A model generated the notes under the pieces. That model was not told the origin of the DNA. It searched no databases and was given only the letters and a program-made list of their open reading frames with translations. Of a stretch of DNA of 64,000 nt, positions 49,233 to 61,747 are shown one piece after another. How positions within the stretch are numbered: position 1 is the first letter of the stretch; each line of letters begins with the position of its first letter. The DNA comes from Octopus bimaculoides (lineage: Eukaryota). A program made the position numbers and the translations under genes. Where the stretch lies: positions 94,266,672 to 94,330,671 of the forward strand of contig NC_068983.1 in the NCBI RefSeq assembly GCF_001194135.2, given 5' to 3'.

Positions 49233-50482
49233 GTATGTATTACAAAACAGTTTCAAAAATTTATTTATTGCTGATATGTTATTATATTTTATTGAAAGTG
49301 AATGCAAGCATCACAACATAGAAATTATCATTAATTGCAGTGCTTTTCTAGTTTGGCTATAAGTGTAGAGTCAATTGATAATGTAGATGGTCATATTTTC
49401 AAAAGTGGTCCAGAATGTCAAAAATAATATTAGAATAGTACTCCATAAGAGGGTATATTTAGGCTGTGTAAAAACAAAGCTTCTGGTGGAAGTTCTGTAT
49501 TGCACTAAACAACTGGGATTTGGGTGAGACTAGAGGCATCCAATATATGTATAGATGAAAGTTGGTCATCAGAAAGGGAAACCTTTGATTGAAATTAGAC
49601 TTCCTCTTCATCTTCTATATGTGCAGATCTCTTCTAATGTGACAAATCTGCTCAGTCCAGTGATTAGTCTTAATGACATTCCCTCACCTGTTTCTAAAAC
49701 TTGCTTCTAATTCTTCCTTTGACTTTCCAGACTATGTAACCTCCCACTATCCAAACATATTTATTTATCTAAAAATATGAAAGCACCCTGTTATATATTT
49801 TTACTGATGGCGCCATCTTTTGTTTCCCTGCTTACAATCACAGATTAAGATTTTTCAATTACCTAATGCATTTTCTTCCCTTAGCATGAACTTGTATCAT
49901 ATTCTTCAATGCCTACAAGACTCAGATCTATCTCTATATCTTAGGTCATTAGCTGAACAGTATCAAGTCAATTTCGTGTATTTTCTGTTTCTTAATTCAA
50001 TACCCAATATTTTGTTCTGATTTGCTGTTTTAAGAGTTGTCTCAGTACCCCAAAAAGGAACTAAGAGCTAACTTTTGGAGCTAGATAATTTCCTTAAAAA
50101 TAAAATTGCTAGGGAAAATTGTATTTTGTAAGTAGAACTTGCTATTGGGGATTACTTAAAAAATTTTGGGAATTGGTTGAGAAATCTATTTAAATAAATT
50201 GTTGGTTCTAATGAAGTTTTGTTTTTTAATTCAAAACTTTTTTTTACCAGGATTAGAATTAGGATTAGAGTATAGCCAGTATCACTTTGGACCAAGATGC
50301 TTTTACTCTGGACCCATCTGAATCTTGATATTAACTTGATGTGACAGAGATCAGTATTGTCACTTCTAGTTATCATGCAGACATGTATGAAGAACAATAT
50401 ATAATCACATCTTGAAATATATTTCAAATAATTCAATTTCTGTGAAGTGTTTATGATGTATTTGTTTTATTTCTCCTAACAG

Positions 50483-50593
50483 GCTCTTATATGAATGGTA
50501 ATGCTGAGATGATTTCATATGTTCACATGCTGATCTGTATAGTACACTATGTTGCTACACAAACTACTGCTGACATGTTGAATTCTCCTTATG
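50483..50593 (+). CDS. RB1: RB1 coding exon 8 (111 nt, phase 1 to 1)
   Basis: ctaacag / G|GTAGGT; (S)SYMNGNAEMISYVHMLICIVHYVATQTTADMLNSPY, similar to RB1 exon 7 (111 nt, recalled). Confidence 0.92.
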
Positions 50594-50658
50594 GTAGGTA
50601 TAAACCTACACACATTCATTCTTTCTCTCACACACACACAGTGTAATAGTTAATACAT

Positions 50659-50705
<47 letters not shown>

Positions 50706-50739
50706 GTATATATATATTGGAATAGTTGTTCTTGAAGCA

Positions 50740-51060
50740 CACATAAAGGTATATACAGGGTGGCATATGAAAAGTACCCCAAGTTCTGTAGCATAGTGTA
50801 AATACAGAAATAAATTTACTCGTTTGCTCTTATCATCCACTTTTAATTGCTGTACACATGTGAAATGATATGGCTTCAATTTTAGACTTTGGCATGTAGT
50901 GTATCTGAGGTTACTCAGCCTCACAGAGCCCCTAATGTTTGAAGCTAATCTCTGAGCAGGAGTGAAACTCAGTATTGTATGTTAACAATAACATGGTCAT
51001 CAATGAAACAGTTCTCCAACTGCTTACAACATTGAACTGTAAATAGGTGCCCCATGTTAC
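50740..51060 (-). mobile_element. Tc1/mariner transposase fragment
   Basis: ORF 50664: LKLKPYHFTCVQQLKVDDKSKRV, the HTH-to-DDE linker pattern. Confidence 0.5.
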
Positions 51061-51584
51061 TTAGCATTACAGCTAAGAGATGAGTTTATTGTCTTTATAA
51101 TAAACATGTGTAAACTGGTGACTAAATATAAATACACACACACACGGACTACATATGTAATGGATGCACACAGGAGTGATTTCACAATTTTTATGATATT
51201 TTACGAACAATGAATCCCACCATAATGCCTATTTCTTACAGACAACATGAGGTGGCCTAATGTACTAAAAATAGCAGATAAATTTTCCTCAAACCACTTC
51301 TCCTATGAAAGAAAGGATATGTTTGAATAATGAGATAAGAGATATTATATCTGAATAAAAAAATGAAATGGTCATTCCTTGAACTCATTTGATCATAGAT
51401 CTGCTGTATCACCACTGACGTGGAGATAAACAACTAGATACACAATATATTATATACTAGCTGCACTACGTACATGTTATAACACTCTACACATTTACAC
51501 ATTATTGCTAGAATACTTTTATTTGTGGGCTTACAAGTCTCAGAGAAACAACACAACTACTATTACTCCTAAAAAGATAAATGT

Positions 51585-51880
51585 AAAGACTCTCTTTGGT
51601 CACGAATGACCATGGGATTGCACCTAAAAAGTTTGCCTCTGAGGCACAAGGTTGTTTATGGAAGGCCAGCAGTTACCCATGAATACCAGTCTCCCTTCTC
51701 CATGCCACTGATGTTGTCCAAGGGAAAGGCAAAGTCAAAACTCATTTCTACTGCTAAGTGAACTGAAGCAATGTAAAATAAAGTGTGTTGCTCAATAACA
51801 CTACACACAGCCCATTTCAGGAATTGAACTCACAATCTCATGATTATAAGCCCGACACTCTAACCACTGAGCCAGTCACC
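51585..51880 (-). mobile_element. tRNA-derived SINE family E
   Basis: Colinear with 54285-54540 and 63165-63512 (GAATGACCATGGG..CCAAGGGAAAGGC..AATAAAGTGT). Confidence 0.8.
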
Positions 51881-52084
51881 ACTGTATAACACTTTCTTCA
51901 TTAAAGTTACATTTTTGTTGTGCCAAAATGAACTAATATTTTTTATATCTTTTACTTGTTTTAGTCTTTAGACTGTGGCCATGCTGGGGTGCCACCTTGA
52001 AGAATTTTTATTTGAATCATCCCCAGTACTTATTTTTTTTTTTAAGTATGGTATTTATTCTACCATCTCTTTTGCTGAACCTCA

Positions 52085-52800
52085 TAAGTTCTTGAATTAG
52101 TGGGTGCAGAGTCTTGTACAAACATGACTTGACTTACATCATAATGCTTCCTAATCCAAGGCAACAAAACTTCTAAGATTTTGAGATACTCTGCTGTGAT
52201 GATTTTAAGACCCGCTTCAATAAAATGAGGAGGCATCAATTTCCCATCACTTGCAACTGCTCCAAAGACGATTATGAAAGGCGGATTCTTGCTATGCATA
52301 GATGAAGGAACTTGGGAAGGGTCATATGCTATCACTTGTGAGTTCTGACGGTTTGCAACTTCATCTACTATGAACTTCTTTTCATCCATAAACATGTGGA
52401 TGTCTTTGCTACGATGTTTCAGATGACTAAGAAGTTTTGGACTTCTTTCTGCTCAAATGGCTTTAGAGTGGGTAGTTAAGATGTTATGGTGTCTCCTCAC
52501 ATACAATTTCATATGGAGGTCTTGTTTCACAGCCCTAGAAATGGTCATTTTACTGATTCCTCAATCTTGAGCCAACTTAGCCATTGATTTTGATGGGTTT
52601 GACTCAATTGGTCTTTGAAGTCCTGTTAACTTTCGAGGTGAGCTTTTTCAGTTACTACAAGGACTGTGAGGCTTTCTCTGAACATCCTGATTTTTCTTCA
52701 AATTGGCTACAACTCTAAAAACAGTAGATTTAGCATACTTTGTGGCTCTAACAATCGCCCCAGCGCTTTTGCTGGCACGGAATAATTCAGCAATTACACT
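52085..52800 (-). mobile_element. Degraded mariner/maT-like (DD..D) transposase
   Basis: HTH AIVRATKYAKSTVFRVV (ORF 52648); DEKKF, VFGAVASDG, EYLKILEVLLPWI and FVQDSAP (ORF 52060). Confidence 0.8.
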
Positions 52801-52900
52801 TCTGGCACATAAAAAGTACCATCCAAACGTGGTCGATGCCAGCCCTCTCTGGCTCCTGTGCCAGTGGCACATAAAAGCACCATCCAAACGTGGTCGTGGT

Positions 52901-52962
52901 CATTGGTTTCTGATTTATATTAGCAAATTATTTTATTTGCTAATATAAGTCAGAAACCAATG
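52901..52962. repeat. 62-nt near-perfect palindrome (28-bp stem, 6-nt loop)
   Basis: CATTGGTTTCTGATTTATATTAGCAAAT / ATTTGCTAATATAAGTCAGAAACCAATG, one G-T pair. Confidence 0.9.
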
Positions 52963-53108
52963 GTTTAGGAGCTAGATGGTAAATGTTTTTATTTTTCATT
53001 TCTTTCGAAATTTTATCCCTAACAGTGGTTTCGAACTTAGCTGTTCTTTCTAGCATGAGAGAATCCTATGATGGATATCTCTTATGTGTTAAAATGTACA
53101 TTGTATTG

Positions 53109-53141
<33 letters not shown>

Positions 53142-53445
53142 CGATGGGCTTCTTTCAGTTTCTATCTGCCAAATCCACTCACAGGCTTTGGTGGTTGGCC
53201 TGAGGCTATAGTAGAAGACACTTGCCCAAGTTGCTGTGAAGTGGGACTGAAACCAGAACCAAGTGGTTGGGAAGCAAACTTCTTATCACACAGCTACTCC
53301 TCTGTCCATTTCTTTTTGCCATTAGTATATAGTCTTGTCATAAATTGTGTGTTGGAGGGTGGTGTTGGAGGGTGGTGGTGGAAAAACGTAGAAATATGAA
53401 TTTATGTAATAAAAATACTCATTGAGAATTATTTTTGTTTTCCAG

Positions 53446-53531
53446 ATGAACTTCAGAAATCTAGCACTGACCCCAACTCTACAGAAATGCTCTCACAGTT
53501 AGCTGAAGACTTCCATACTAGCTATAAGGAG
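53446..53531 (+). CDS. RB1: RB1 coding exon 9 (86 nt, phase 1 to 0)
   Basis: ttccag / GAG|GTAAAT; (D)ELQKSSTDPNSTEMLSQLAEDFHTSYKE, similar to RB1 DTRIIEVLCKEHECNIDE. Confidence 0.85.
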
Positions 53532-53574
53532 GTAAATAGTTCTTTGTTTATCTTTTGTCTTGAATTTTTTATTT

Positions 53575-53930
53575 GTTTCAGTTATCAGACTGTGGCCCTG
53601 CTGGGGAACCATCTTGAAAGGTTTCATCAAACAAATCAAACTTATTTTTTTAAGCCTAGTACATATTCTATCAGTTACTTTTGCGAAATTGCTAAGTTAC
53701 AGAGATGTAAACAAACCAACACTGGTTGTCAGTTGGTGGTGGGGGACTAATACACACACACACACTCACTCACACGTGCTGGGCTTCTTTCTATTTCTGT
53801 CCACCATATCCACTCACAAGGCTTTGGTTGGCTTGGGGTCTACAGTAGAAGATAATTGTCCTGGGTGCCATGCTGTGGGACTGAACTCAAAACCATATAG
53901 TTGGGAAGCAATCCTCTTACTACACATGCT
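53575..53930 (-). mobile_element. SINE family B (a partial copy also at 53145-53300)
   Basis: Colinear with 18265-18658. Confidence 0.75.
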
Positions 53931-54284
53931 AGTTTATTTTTTAGTGTCTGGAATTTTCATTTTCAGTGTCTGAAATTTTTTTACTGTCAGAGTAAAAAAA
54001 CCTGCAACAGCAACTGTCATAGATGTGTGACTGATTTGAACTGTTACTGGAAAACAAAATTGGTGAAAACAACTTGAGCAAGAAGAAAAACTTATCCAGA
54101 TTGGCTTACAAAATAATTTCTGAATGAGCAAAAACCATATTCCACTCTCTCTGTCATAGTCAAGTAGTAGTAGGAAGGGCATCAAGTAAAAGCAAACAAT
54201 CCCTCTCATGAAAGCATGGGAAAATACAACTAAAAATACTTACAATTCTTCTATTGGCATGTCCAGAAACATTAGAGGTATAAA

Positions 54285-54540
54285 GGGTAAAAAGCCCCTT
54301 TGGTCATGAATGACCATGGGGCTACACTTAGAAAGTTACCCTCTGAGGCATAAGTACAGGCAAAGTTGTTTGTGGAAGACCAGCAGTCACCCATGCATAC
54401 CAACCTCCTCTCTCCATGCCACTGATGTTATCCAAGGGAAAGGCAGATATAGCTTGGCACCAGTGACATCACAACTCATTTCTACAGCTGAGTGAACTGG
54501 AGCAATGTGAAATAAAGTGTCTTGCTCAAGAAGACAACAC
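54285..54540 (-). mobile_element. SINE family E
   Basis: Colinear with 63165-63425. Confidence 0.8.
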
Positions 54541-55457
54541 ACATATATAGATGACAGAATTGGTGCAGGTTATTATTGGTATTTATTTATCAAACTTGGA
54601 ATGTTAAAAGACAATGTTGACTAAATACAAAATCCTTTGGAGGAAAAATAAACTGAAGTGAACAACAGGCAAATTGAAGCTCTTGCAACTTAGTATGAAT
54701 ACTTGCTGATCAGAACATTCATACACAAATACATCATCAACATCATTTTAATGTCCAATTGTTTTCCATGCTCACATGGATTGGACAGAATTTGTTGAGG
54801 TGGATTTTCTCCAGCCAAATGCCTTTCCTGTCACCAACCTTCACCTGTTACCTAGTGGGGTAATATTTCCCATGACCAGACAACATACAAGCTTACAACT
54901 GTCATGTGAGGATAAGGCAAAGAGACAGTAATGCTCCATCCACATACATATATGTGTATATGTATTTATACACACACACACATATATATACACACACCAA
55001 GCCTCTTTCAGTTTCCTTCTACTAAATCCACACACAAAGCTTATTTTGTCTGACACGCTGATTCTACTAAAGGTACAAAGCTTGAAATTTTGTGGGGAGG
55101 GGACTAGTTGATTTCACTGCTACTTAATTTATCGACACTGAAAGGCAAATTTGACCTCTGTGGCATTTAAGCTCAGAATGTAAAGATGGCAAAATGCAGG
55201 TGTGGCAACAATTCTGCCAGTTTGCTGCCTTGATGTTTTCTTTAATAATAATGACAACAGGCTGTTCCTGTTTTTTTTTTTGTTTTTTTTTTTTTAAATG
55301 TCACTGCAACTTTAATCTTTCCATTATGTTTAATTTGAAACCTTTCACATTAAATAGAGCAATTGTTGCTGTTATTTTGCTGATAAATTTTAATCATTTT
55401 ATGAACCACTATAAATACTTAATTGATAAATTATAAATTTTTCATGTTCTCTTACAG

Positions 55458-55529
55458 CTTCAGCCTGTCCAGAAGGCGGTGGCACAGTTTGTCAATTCAA
55501 TTGTATCTTATACCAATGGCAATTTAGAT
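55458..55529 (+). CDS. RB1: RB1 coding exon 10 (72 nt, phase 0 to 0)
   Basis: cttacag / GAT|GTAAGT; LQPVQKAVAQFVNSIVSYTNGNLD; position and phase match human exon 9. Confidence 0.82.
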
Positions 55530-55589
55530 GTAAGTAGTTATATTTCAATAATATGTAGTTACTTAATACATCACATATTTTTACGGGGG

Positions 55590-55765
55590 GGGGGGTGCAG
55601 TCAATTAGATTGACCCCAGTATGCAACTGGTACTTAATTTATTCACCCCGAAAGGATGAAAGGCAAAGTCGACCTCGGCGGAATTTGAACTCAAGAACGT
55701 AAAGTCAGACGAAATACTGCTAAGCTTTTCGCCCGACGTGCTAATGTTTCTGCCAGCTCGCCACC
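55590..55765 (-). mobile_element. SINE family C, CpG-rich (young) copy
   Basis: Reverse complement of 21605-21810, retaining many CpGs (GTCGACCTCGGCGG). Confidence 0.85.
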
Positions 55766-55976
55766 TTACATCACGTGTATATTAATATATGAATGAATGT
55801 TTGAAAGATCTTCTGCCACCCCTTTTTTATGTATTATCGCCTATCCTCTCTTCTTTCATGACCCATTCCTATTTTCCTTACATTCTCCCAAACTTCTGCC
55901 AACCCATAGCCCTTTTTGTTTCCTAACTAATAATAATGCTTTTACTATATTTTATTTTATTTAACCATTGTTATAG

Positions 55977-56107
55977 GTTGATGAGATGGAGAAATTTTAT
56001 CTGAAGTCTTACCAGGCTAGTGGAGATATAAATGAGCTTCTCTTCTTAGTCAATGATCCCATTGTTGTTACTTCAACTCCCATCAAACACAGAAAGCCAT
56101 CACCTCG
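55977..56107 (+). CDS. RB1: RB1 coding exon 11 (131 nt, phase 0 to 2)
   Basis: ttatag / CG|GTATGT; VDEMEKFYLKSYQASGDINELLFLVNDPIVVTSTPIKHRKPSP(R), the Y..Y...GD..E.LFL motif at the end of RB-N. Confidence 0.92.
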
Positions 56108-56699
56108 GTATGTCTCTTACATGAGTTGTTATTATTGTTATGGAGTATTCTGATAGCCCACAGAACAAAATGCATTTTTGTATGTTAGTTTTAGTGAAAC
56201 CTTCTTATCCATGTGATAGCAGTTATGGACATCGCATCCTAAATCATAAGATGCAGTAAGGATATAGCTGTTATCTCACACTTTTTACTTTTTGGCATTT
56301 TTGTGGTTACTTTAATGTTATTGTAATTGTTGGTGTAGTTAATGCTATTGCAATTAAATGTGTCAGTTTTTTATTAGCCTCAACCAGGTCTGGTCAAGAT
56401 GTCTTTTATTTAGACATATGTAAGACTACATTAGCCAACATGTGCTTCTGTTTTTAATATTATAGACAGAGATTTGTATGATGGGTGATAAGAGGAATGA
56501 GGACAAATGTATCAGGTGGGTTTGGTTTGCTTTGAGCAAATAGCACTTACTATTTTTCTAGCACTAAAATAGGCAAAGGGAAGGGACAGCATATCTGTAG
56601 GCCTGCCAGAGATTGTAATGTGTTGGTGAGTGAGTGTTTGCCTAACAATTAGATGACATTCTTTTAGATTCAGCTTAGAAATTTTGTATATGTGGAGCA

Positions 56700-57900
56700 A
56701 CAGTGGGAGGTGTACTCTATAACGAGTTTTACTTCAACTTTGTAGAGGGTTGGCAGTTGGTCAAAGCTGAAACATCTGGTGCTGCATAGAAAAGCTAGGT
56801 TTTGGAATACAGTTTTAGCTGTATAGGCTGACCAAGATACTCTCATGAAATGTGACCAAATGAAATTTATTTTTCAACATAGTCCCCCTTGCAGTTCACA
56901 TACTTCGTCCATTGGAGTTGCAGTGCTTGGATCCTATTGGTGAAGAAGTTTTCATTCTGTTGGTCAAAAAAGTCATCAACAGCAGATATGACGTCATCAT
57001 CACTGTGATACTGGTTCCCAGCCAAATGTTTTTTCATGTTGAGGAACAATTAATAGTGAGATGGGGCCACATCAGGAGAAATGAAAGAGTGATCAACCAG
57101 TTCAAAACCGCAGTCATGGCTAGCAGCCATTGAAACTAAGGACTTGTGTGCTGGAGCATTACCCTGATAGAACAAAACCCCTTCCATCAGTTTTCCTGGG
57201 CGTTTGGTCTTGAAAGCTTTTTGTAGCTGCCTCAGCAAGTTGGCATAGTACTCTCCTTTGATGGTGTGGCCCTTTAGAAGATATTCAATAACACAATGCT
57301 TTCTGCATCCCAAAAAACAGAAACCATCACCTTCCCTACAGACCTACAGAGGAAATGACCTTGGTCTTTGAAGCAGATGAAGAGAGGTGTTTCCACTGCA
57401 TGGATTGTCTCTTTGTCTCTGACTCAAAGTGATGACCCCAACACTCATCCTGCTAAGGAAACCAGCTGGATCTGCCTTTAACAATGTCAGATTTTCTCTT
57501 GATGTGATCAGCGTGGTCATTTTTGATCAGATGTCAGAAGACGTGGTACGCACCAAGCAATGACCTTTGTTAGGCCAACTACATTGTGCAGAATATTCTC
57601 AATTCCTCATGGGATATGCTAATAGCATTTACAGTCAGTTGCCTGTCATCCATTTCCATGTGGTGAACACAATATTTTCCTCTGGTAGCAGTTACAGGAC
57701 ATTCAAACCTTGGGTCTTCTTTAAGAATTTCCCTTCCCCCCCTAAGTTCAGCTGCCCACTTTTGGACTTGATAAAACTGGAATGTCATCCCCTAATGTAA
57801 CAATCATGTCAGCATAAATGTCCTTGGTGGCTAAACACGTTTTCTGCAGGTACTTGATAACTTCGCAATGTCAACTTTAGTCACTACTGGTTACTTTTGA
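56700..57900 (-). mobile_element. Degraded mariner (DD34D) transposon
   Basis: QKWAAEL..EDPR..PVT, LKGHTIKGEYYANLL, QGNAPAH, SPDVAPSHY and WTKYVNCKGDYVEK* across ORFs 57579, 57050 and 56867. Confidence 0.9.
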
Positions 57901-57989
57901 AGTGTTCTTTGAACAGTCAGGCATCAGTTTGCCTGGAAAGAAACAATGCACTTATTAATAAGAAGAGTTGAAATTAATACATGAAAAAT

Positions 57990-59050
57990 TTCACAGCTTT
58001 AGCATCACTCCTTCATAGTCAGCCTATAAATTTTTTAGTATATCTTTGTATTTTGTTCAACATTACAGAGTGTGAGGTACAGGATTATTTTGTTGATATG
58101 TGCAGGGATTGTGTCATTGTGCTATTGAAAAAGACCTGTAGCCATGTTGCCAATATGTTTGTGAAATATTTGCTCATGCAAGTTTGGAATGAGATGTTTG
58201 GTGGTGTGTGGAAAAGTCATTGTGTTTGTGATTATTGTTGGTGTTATGAGCTCTCTTCGAGAATAGAAGTAACTGATGGAACATATAATTGTGGAGTTAC
58301 TTCCTAGAAAGATCAAACTCTTGTGAGAGTGTCAGAACAACCACTGGACTACTCAGTCAAGTTGCTCATGCAACTAAAGGCTTTCACTATCCGCAATCAC
58401 TTTCTTATCTGAATCACTTGAAAAGAAATATTTACTGAGCAAGTTTTTATATGCTACACTCTAGGGTGGATTTCAGTTACTATTCATATGAGAACATCAT
58501 TTGTGTATGCAATGTTTGCAGTTGCGACAGGGTTATTAACAACACACCTGTGATGCATCAACTCTCTGTGGCATCCTCTGCATATAGAATAGGGGGTTAG
58601 GTCTTGGTCATGTTTGCTTGAAGGATTTGGAGTACAAAACCATCTTTTTGACTTAAAAGGTTTCCGAACCGACATATCAATAGATTCAGCCATTATTACA
58701 ATATCATCAGCACAAAAGCATCATTAGAACAACTGTATTTTGAACTCACCTGACATACCTCCTTATATTGGTAGTAATTTTGCACAAACATTCTGTTCAA
58801 CATTACGGAATATGAGATAAAGGATTGTTTCATTGATGTGTGCAATGATTGTCTCTTTGTGTTATTGAAAGAGATAAGATACTTGTGTTGCCATTGGAGA
58901 ATGTTTTTGAAATATCAGCCCATGGATGCAGTGCAGGTTTGGAATGAGATGTGATGTTTGATGGTATATGAATAATAAACATACATTATTGACACAACTG
59001 TTACCACTCCAGTTACCTTATGTCTCACCAAAGCACACCTCTAGACATAT
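57990..59050 (-). mobile_element. Degraded Penelope-like remnant with a partial tandem duplication
   Basis: 58045-58320 and 58785-59040 are diverged direct copies; PFKSKRW resembles the GIY-YIG FK.RW motif. Confidence 0.45.
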
Positions 59051-59059
59051 ATTCAGTTC

Positions 59060-59430
59060 TTCATCATGATCATAATCATCATCATCATCATTTAATGTCT
59101 GTTGTCCATGTTGGTATGGATTGGATGGTTTGACCAGAGTGGCACACTGAGGAGCTGCATCTTCCTAATGCCAACTACTTTACAGTGTGCTGGGTGCTTT
59201 TATGTGGCACTGCATAGGTACTTTTACATGGCATTGGCATGGGCACTCTTACAGGGCACCGCACAGATGCTTTTACATGCTTTACACCACCCAAGGGACT
59301 GGTCTTAACACTTCTGTACAGCAAGGTACTAGGCATCTTGGTCCTTTGTCATCTCACCTAAAAGATTCAGTGTCCTGAGGTCATTCTTCAGTACTTCAGC
59401 CCATGTCTTCTTAGCCCAAACAAGTCATTT
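59060..59430 (-). mobile_element. RTE LINE 3' end
   Basis: (CAT)n tail; KKTWAEVLKNDL on the minus strand. Confidence 0.75.
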
Positions 59431-60131
59431 ACTAAGCATTTTTCCGTGATTGTTATGAATTATAATATCCTATCATTAATTCCTTTCTACAATAGTAAAT
59501 GATAGATAAAAATATAGATATCTTATTTTGTGTTGAGTATGAAAATGCGGCATAATGTTGAATGACATTGATAGATGGATACTGTCTTTACCTAATATAA
59601 AACAACGCGTCTTAATCGTTGGACAGCCATGATCAATGGATTAAACGGCGAGCAGAATAAAGTTTGAATAAAAGCCTTCTTTGAATTGGTTTATGACAGT
59701 GATGTTAACATTTATGCAGTTATTATCCATTCTCATCATATATTTAATATTCTTGCATACAATGTCCAATTTTAAGTAATTTTCTTGTATCTATTTGCAC
59801 TATTTCAAACACAGCATATACATAAATTGAATCAGTTAGGTCATTCCTCACTGGTATATGCATGTATCTCACAACATCTGTAAATATATATATATATTCC
59901 TTCTAACAATGCATAGAGAAAAATATCAAGAAATGTATGTCAAAATATTGTTTTCTATCTAACTTGGAATTTTACTTTTAATGCTAATTAAAATAATTTA
60001 CTTTAATATTTCATTACTAAGGTAAAACTTTGAGACATCTTTGTATTTTTATTAAATTAATGCAGTAACTTTTCCAGTTATTCATAATATAATTTGTAAA
60101 TATCATTGATGTTTTTAAAATTCTTTTGCAG

Positions 60132-60170
60132 ACCTGAGGATTCAGTAGTTGCTCCACTCACACCAGTTCG
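60132..60170 (+). CDS. RB1: RB1 coding exon 12 (39 nt, phase 2 to 2)
   Basis: ttgcag / CG|GTAAGT; PEDSVVAPLTPV(R), similar to RB1 VIPPHTPVR (T373). Confidence 0.9.
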
Positions 60171-60819
60171 GTAAGTGTTGTTAATGCAATCAACTAGCCC
60201 CCTCCCACAAAATTTCAGGCCTTGTACCTATTATTATTATTGACTGAGAGATCAATGCATGCAATCAAGGTCACACTAGGGTACAAATATACAAAACCCA
60301 ATATGCCCATCATGACTACCTGTCTGATAAGGGTACACCAGACACATGCATCACATCCATATATACATGACATGGTATATCATATCAAGATAAGCAGCAT
60401 ATGACCTTGCAGGTGGGGCCCAGTTAGAATTTTCTTTGGGTCAAGTAGCCCATCCCGCTCAAAAGGTTGCTGAATAAGGTTTGTTTAAGGATGATGAATG
60501 AAACATCCATGTTTCCAGAAGTGAATTATTCAAACTCCAAAGAATTCCTCTCAACACATGGCTATGATGCTCCCCCACTACTGCTTGTGATCAGAAATGC
60601 ACATATCATCAACCACCAAGGGACATACTCAACTGGTTATGGTCAAGCAACTGACAAGCAAATCTGGTATTTAGCAGAATATTTGCTGTAGCTCATCTTT
60701 TATACCAAGACAAAACATGTACACGATAACACTTCCAATCAGTTAAGATCAAAAGGCATGAGAGTCACATTACTGCTGTTGCTGCTGCTGCTGCTGTTGT
60801 TGTTATTGTTATTATTATT

Positions 60820-61015
60820 ATTGCAGTGAGCTGGATGAAAAGCTTAGCAGTATTTCATCTGTTGCTATGTTCTGAGTTAAAATTCTGCCAAGGTTGACTT
60901 AGCCTTTCGTCCTTTTGGGGTCAGTAAATTAAGTACCAGTGAAACACGGGTCGATGTAATTGACCAGTTCCCTACCCCCAAATGTGAGGTCTTGTGCCTC
61001 TAGTAGAAAGGATTG
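60820..61015 (+). mobile_element. SINE family C
   Basis: Colinear with 21605-21810. Confidence 0.75.
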
Positions 61016-61355
61016 TTATTATTATTGGTCATTGTATCTGCGAACCAAATGTGAAACCAATACAAGATTTGGCGTTAAATTATTGGAAACAACTTCACTC
61101 TTTATTTTACTTTTTGTTGTTGTTTAGCCCCCAGGTCAGTCCTGGTTGGGCAGACCTATGATCAAAGGCATTCCAGCCATAACCATCTCATCTTTTCTCA
61201 GATATAACATATATAGGACTATGTTATTTCATATGTATTTCCACTTCTGAAAATGGTAGAGTATGGTCTGAAAGAGATTTGGCTGCTATTTCTAGTTAGA
61301 TGAGCAACTGCTGAGAAGAATCCTAGTTGGCTTCTTAACTGAATGAGTTGCCAGT

Positions 61356-61555
61356 TTAACCCTTTAGCATTTAAACCGACCATATCTGGCTAAAAGATTC
61401 TACTGGTTTTATGTTCAAACTAGCCAGATATGGCCTCTCACACCTACCCTAAAATGTCATTCTAAAAATATACAATCACATCATTGAAATCTCAAAGCTA
61501 CAATGAATAAGCAAACATTACATTTGACAGAGTAATCAGAATGCTAAAGGGTTAA
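61356..61555 (+). mobile_element. piggyBac-like MITE, orientation A
   Basis: TTAACCCTTTAGCATT..AATGCTAAAGGGTTAA. Confidence 0.85.
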
Positions 61556-61659
61556 TGTAACTTGGAGTTTTATTCTTTTTGATATTTGCTATAATACTTC
61601 TTATCAGTGATACCAACTTGCAATAGGGGAAAATATAATTTTCTAATTGCTTATTTTAG

Positions 61660-61747
61660 GTCAGCATTGACTGTTGTTCAACAGTTATGGAAAATCTTGG
61701 AAGAAATACCTGAGGACCCCAGGGAATTGCTGAAAGATTATATAGAT
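61660..61747 (+). CDS. RB1: RB1 coding exon 13 (88 nt, phase 2 to 0), start of pocket A
   Basis: ttttag / GAT|GTGAGT; SALTVVQQLWKILEEIPEDPRELLKDYID, similar to RB1 exon 12 (88 nt, recalled) [29 protein letters not shown]. Confidence 0.92.
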
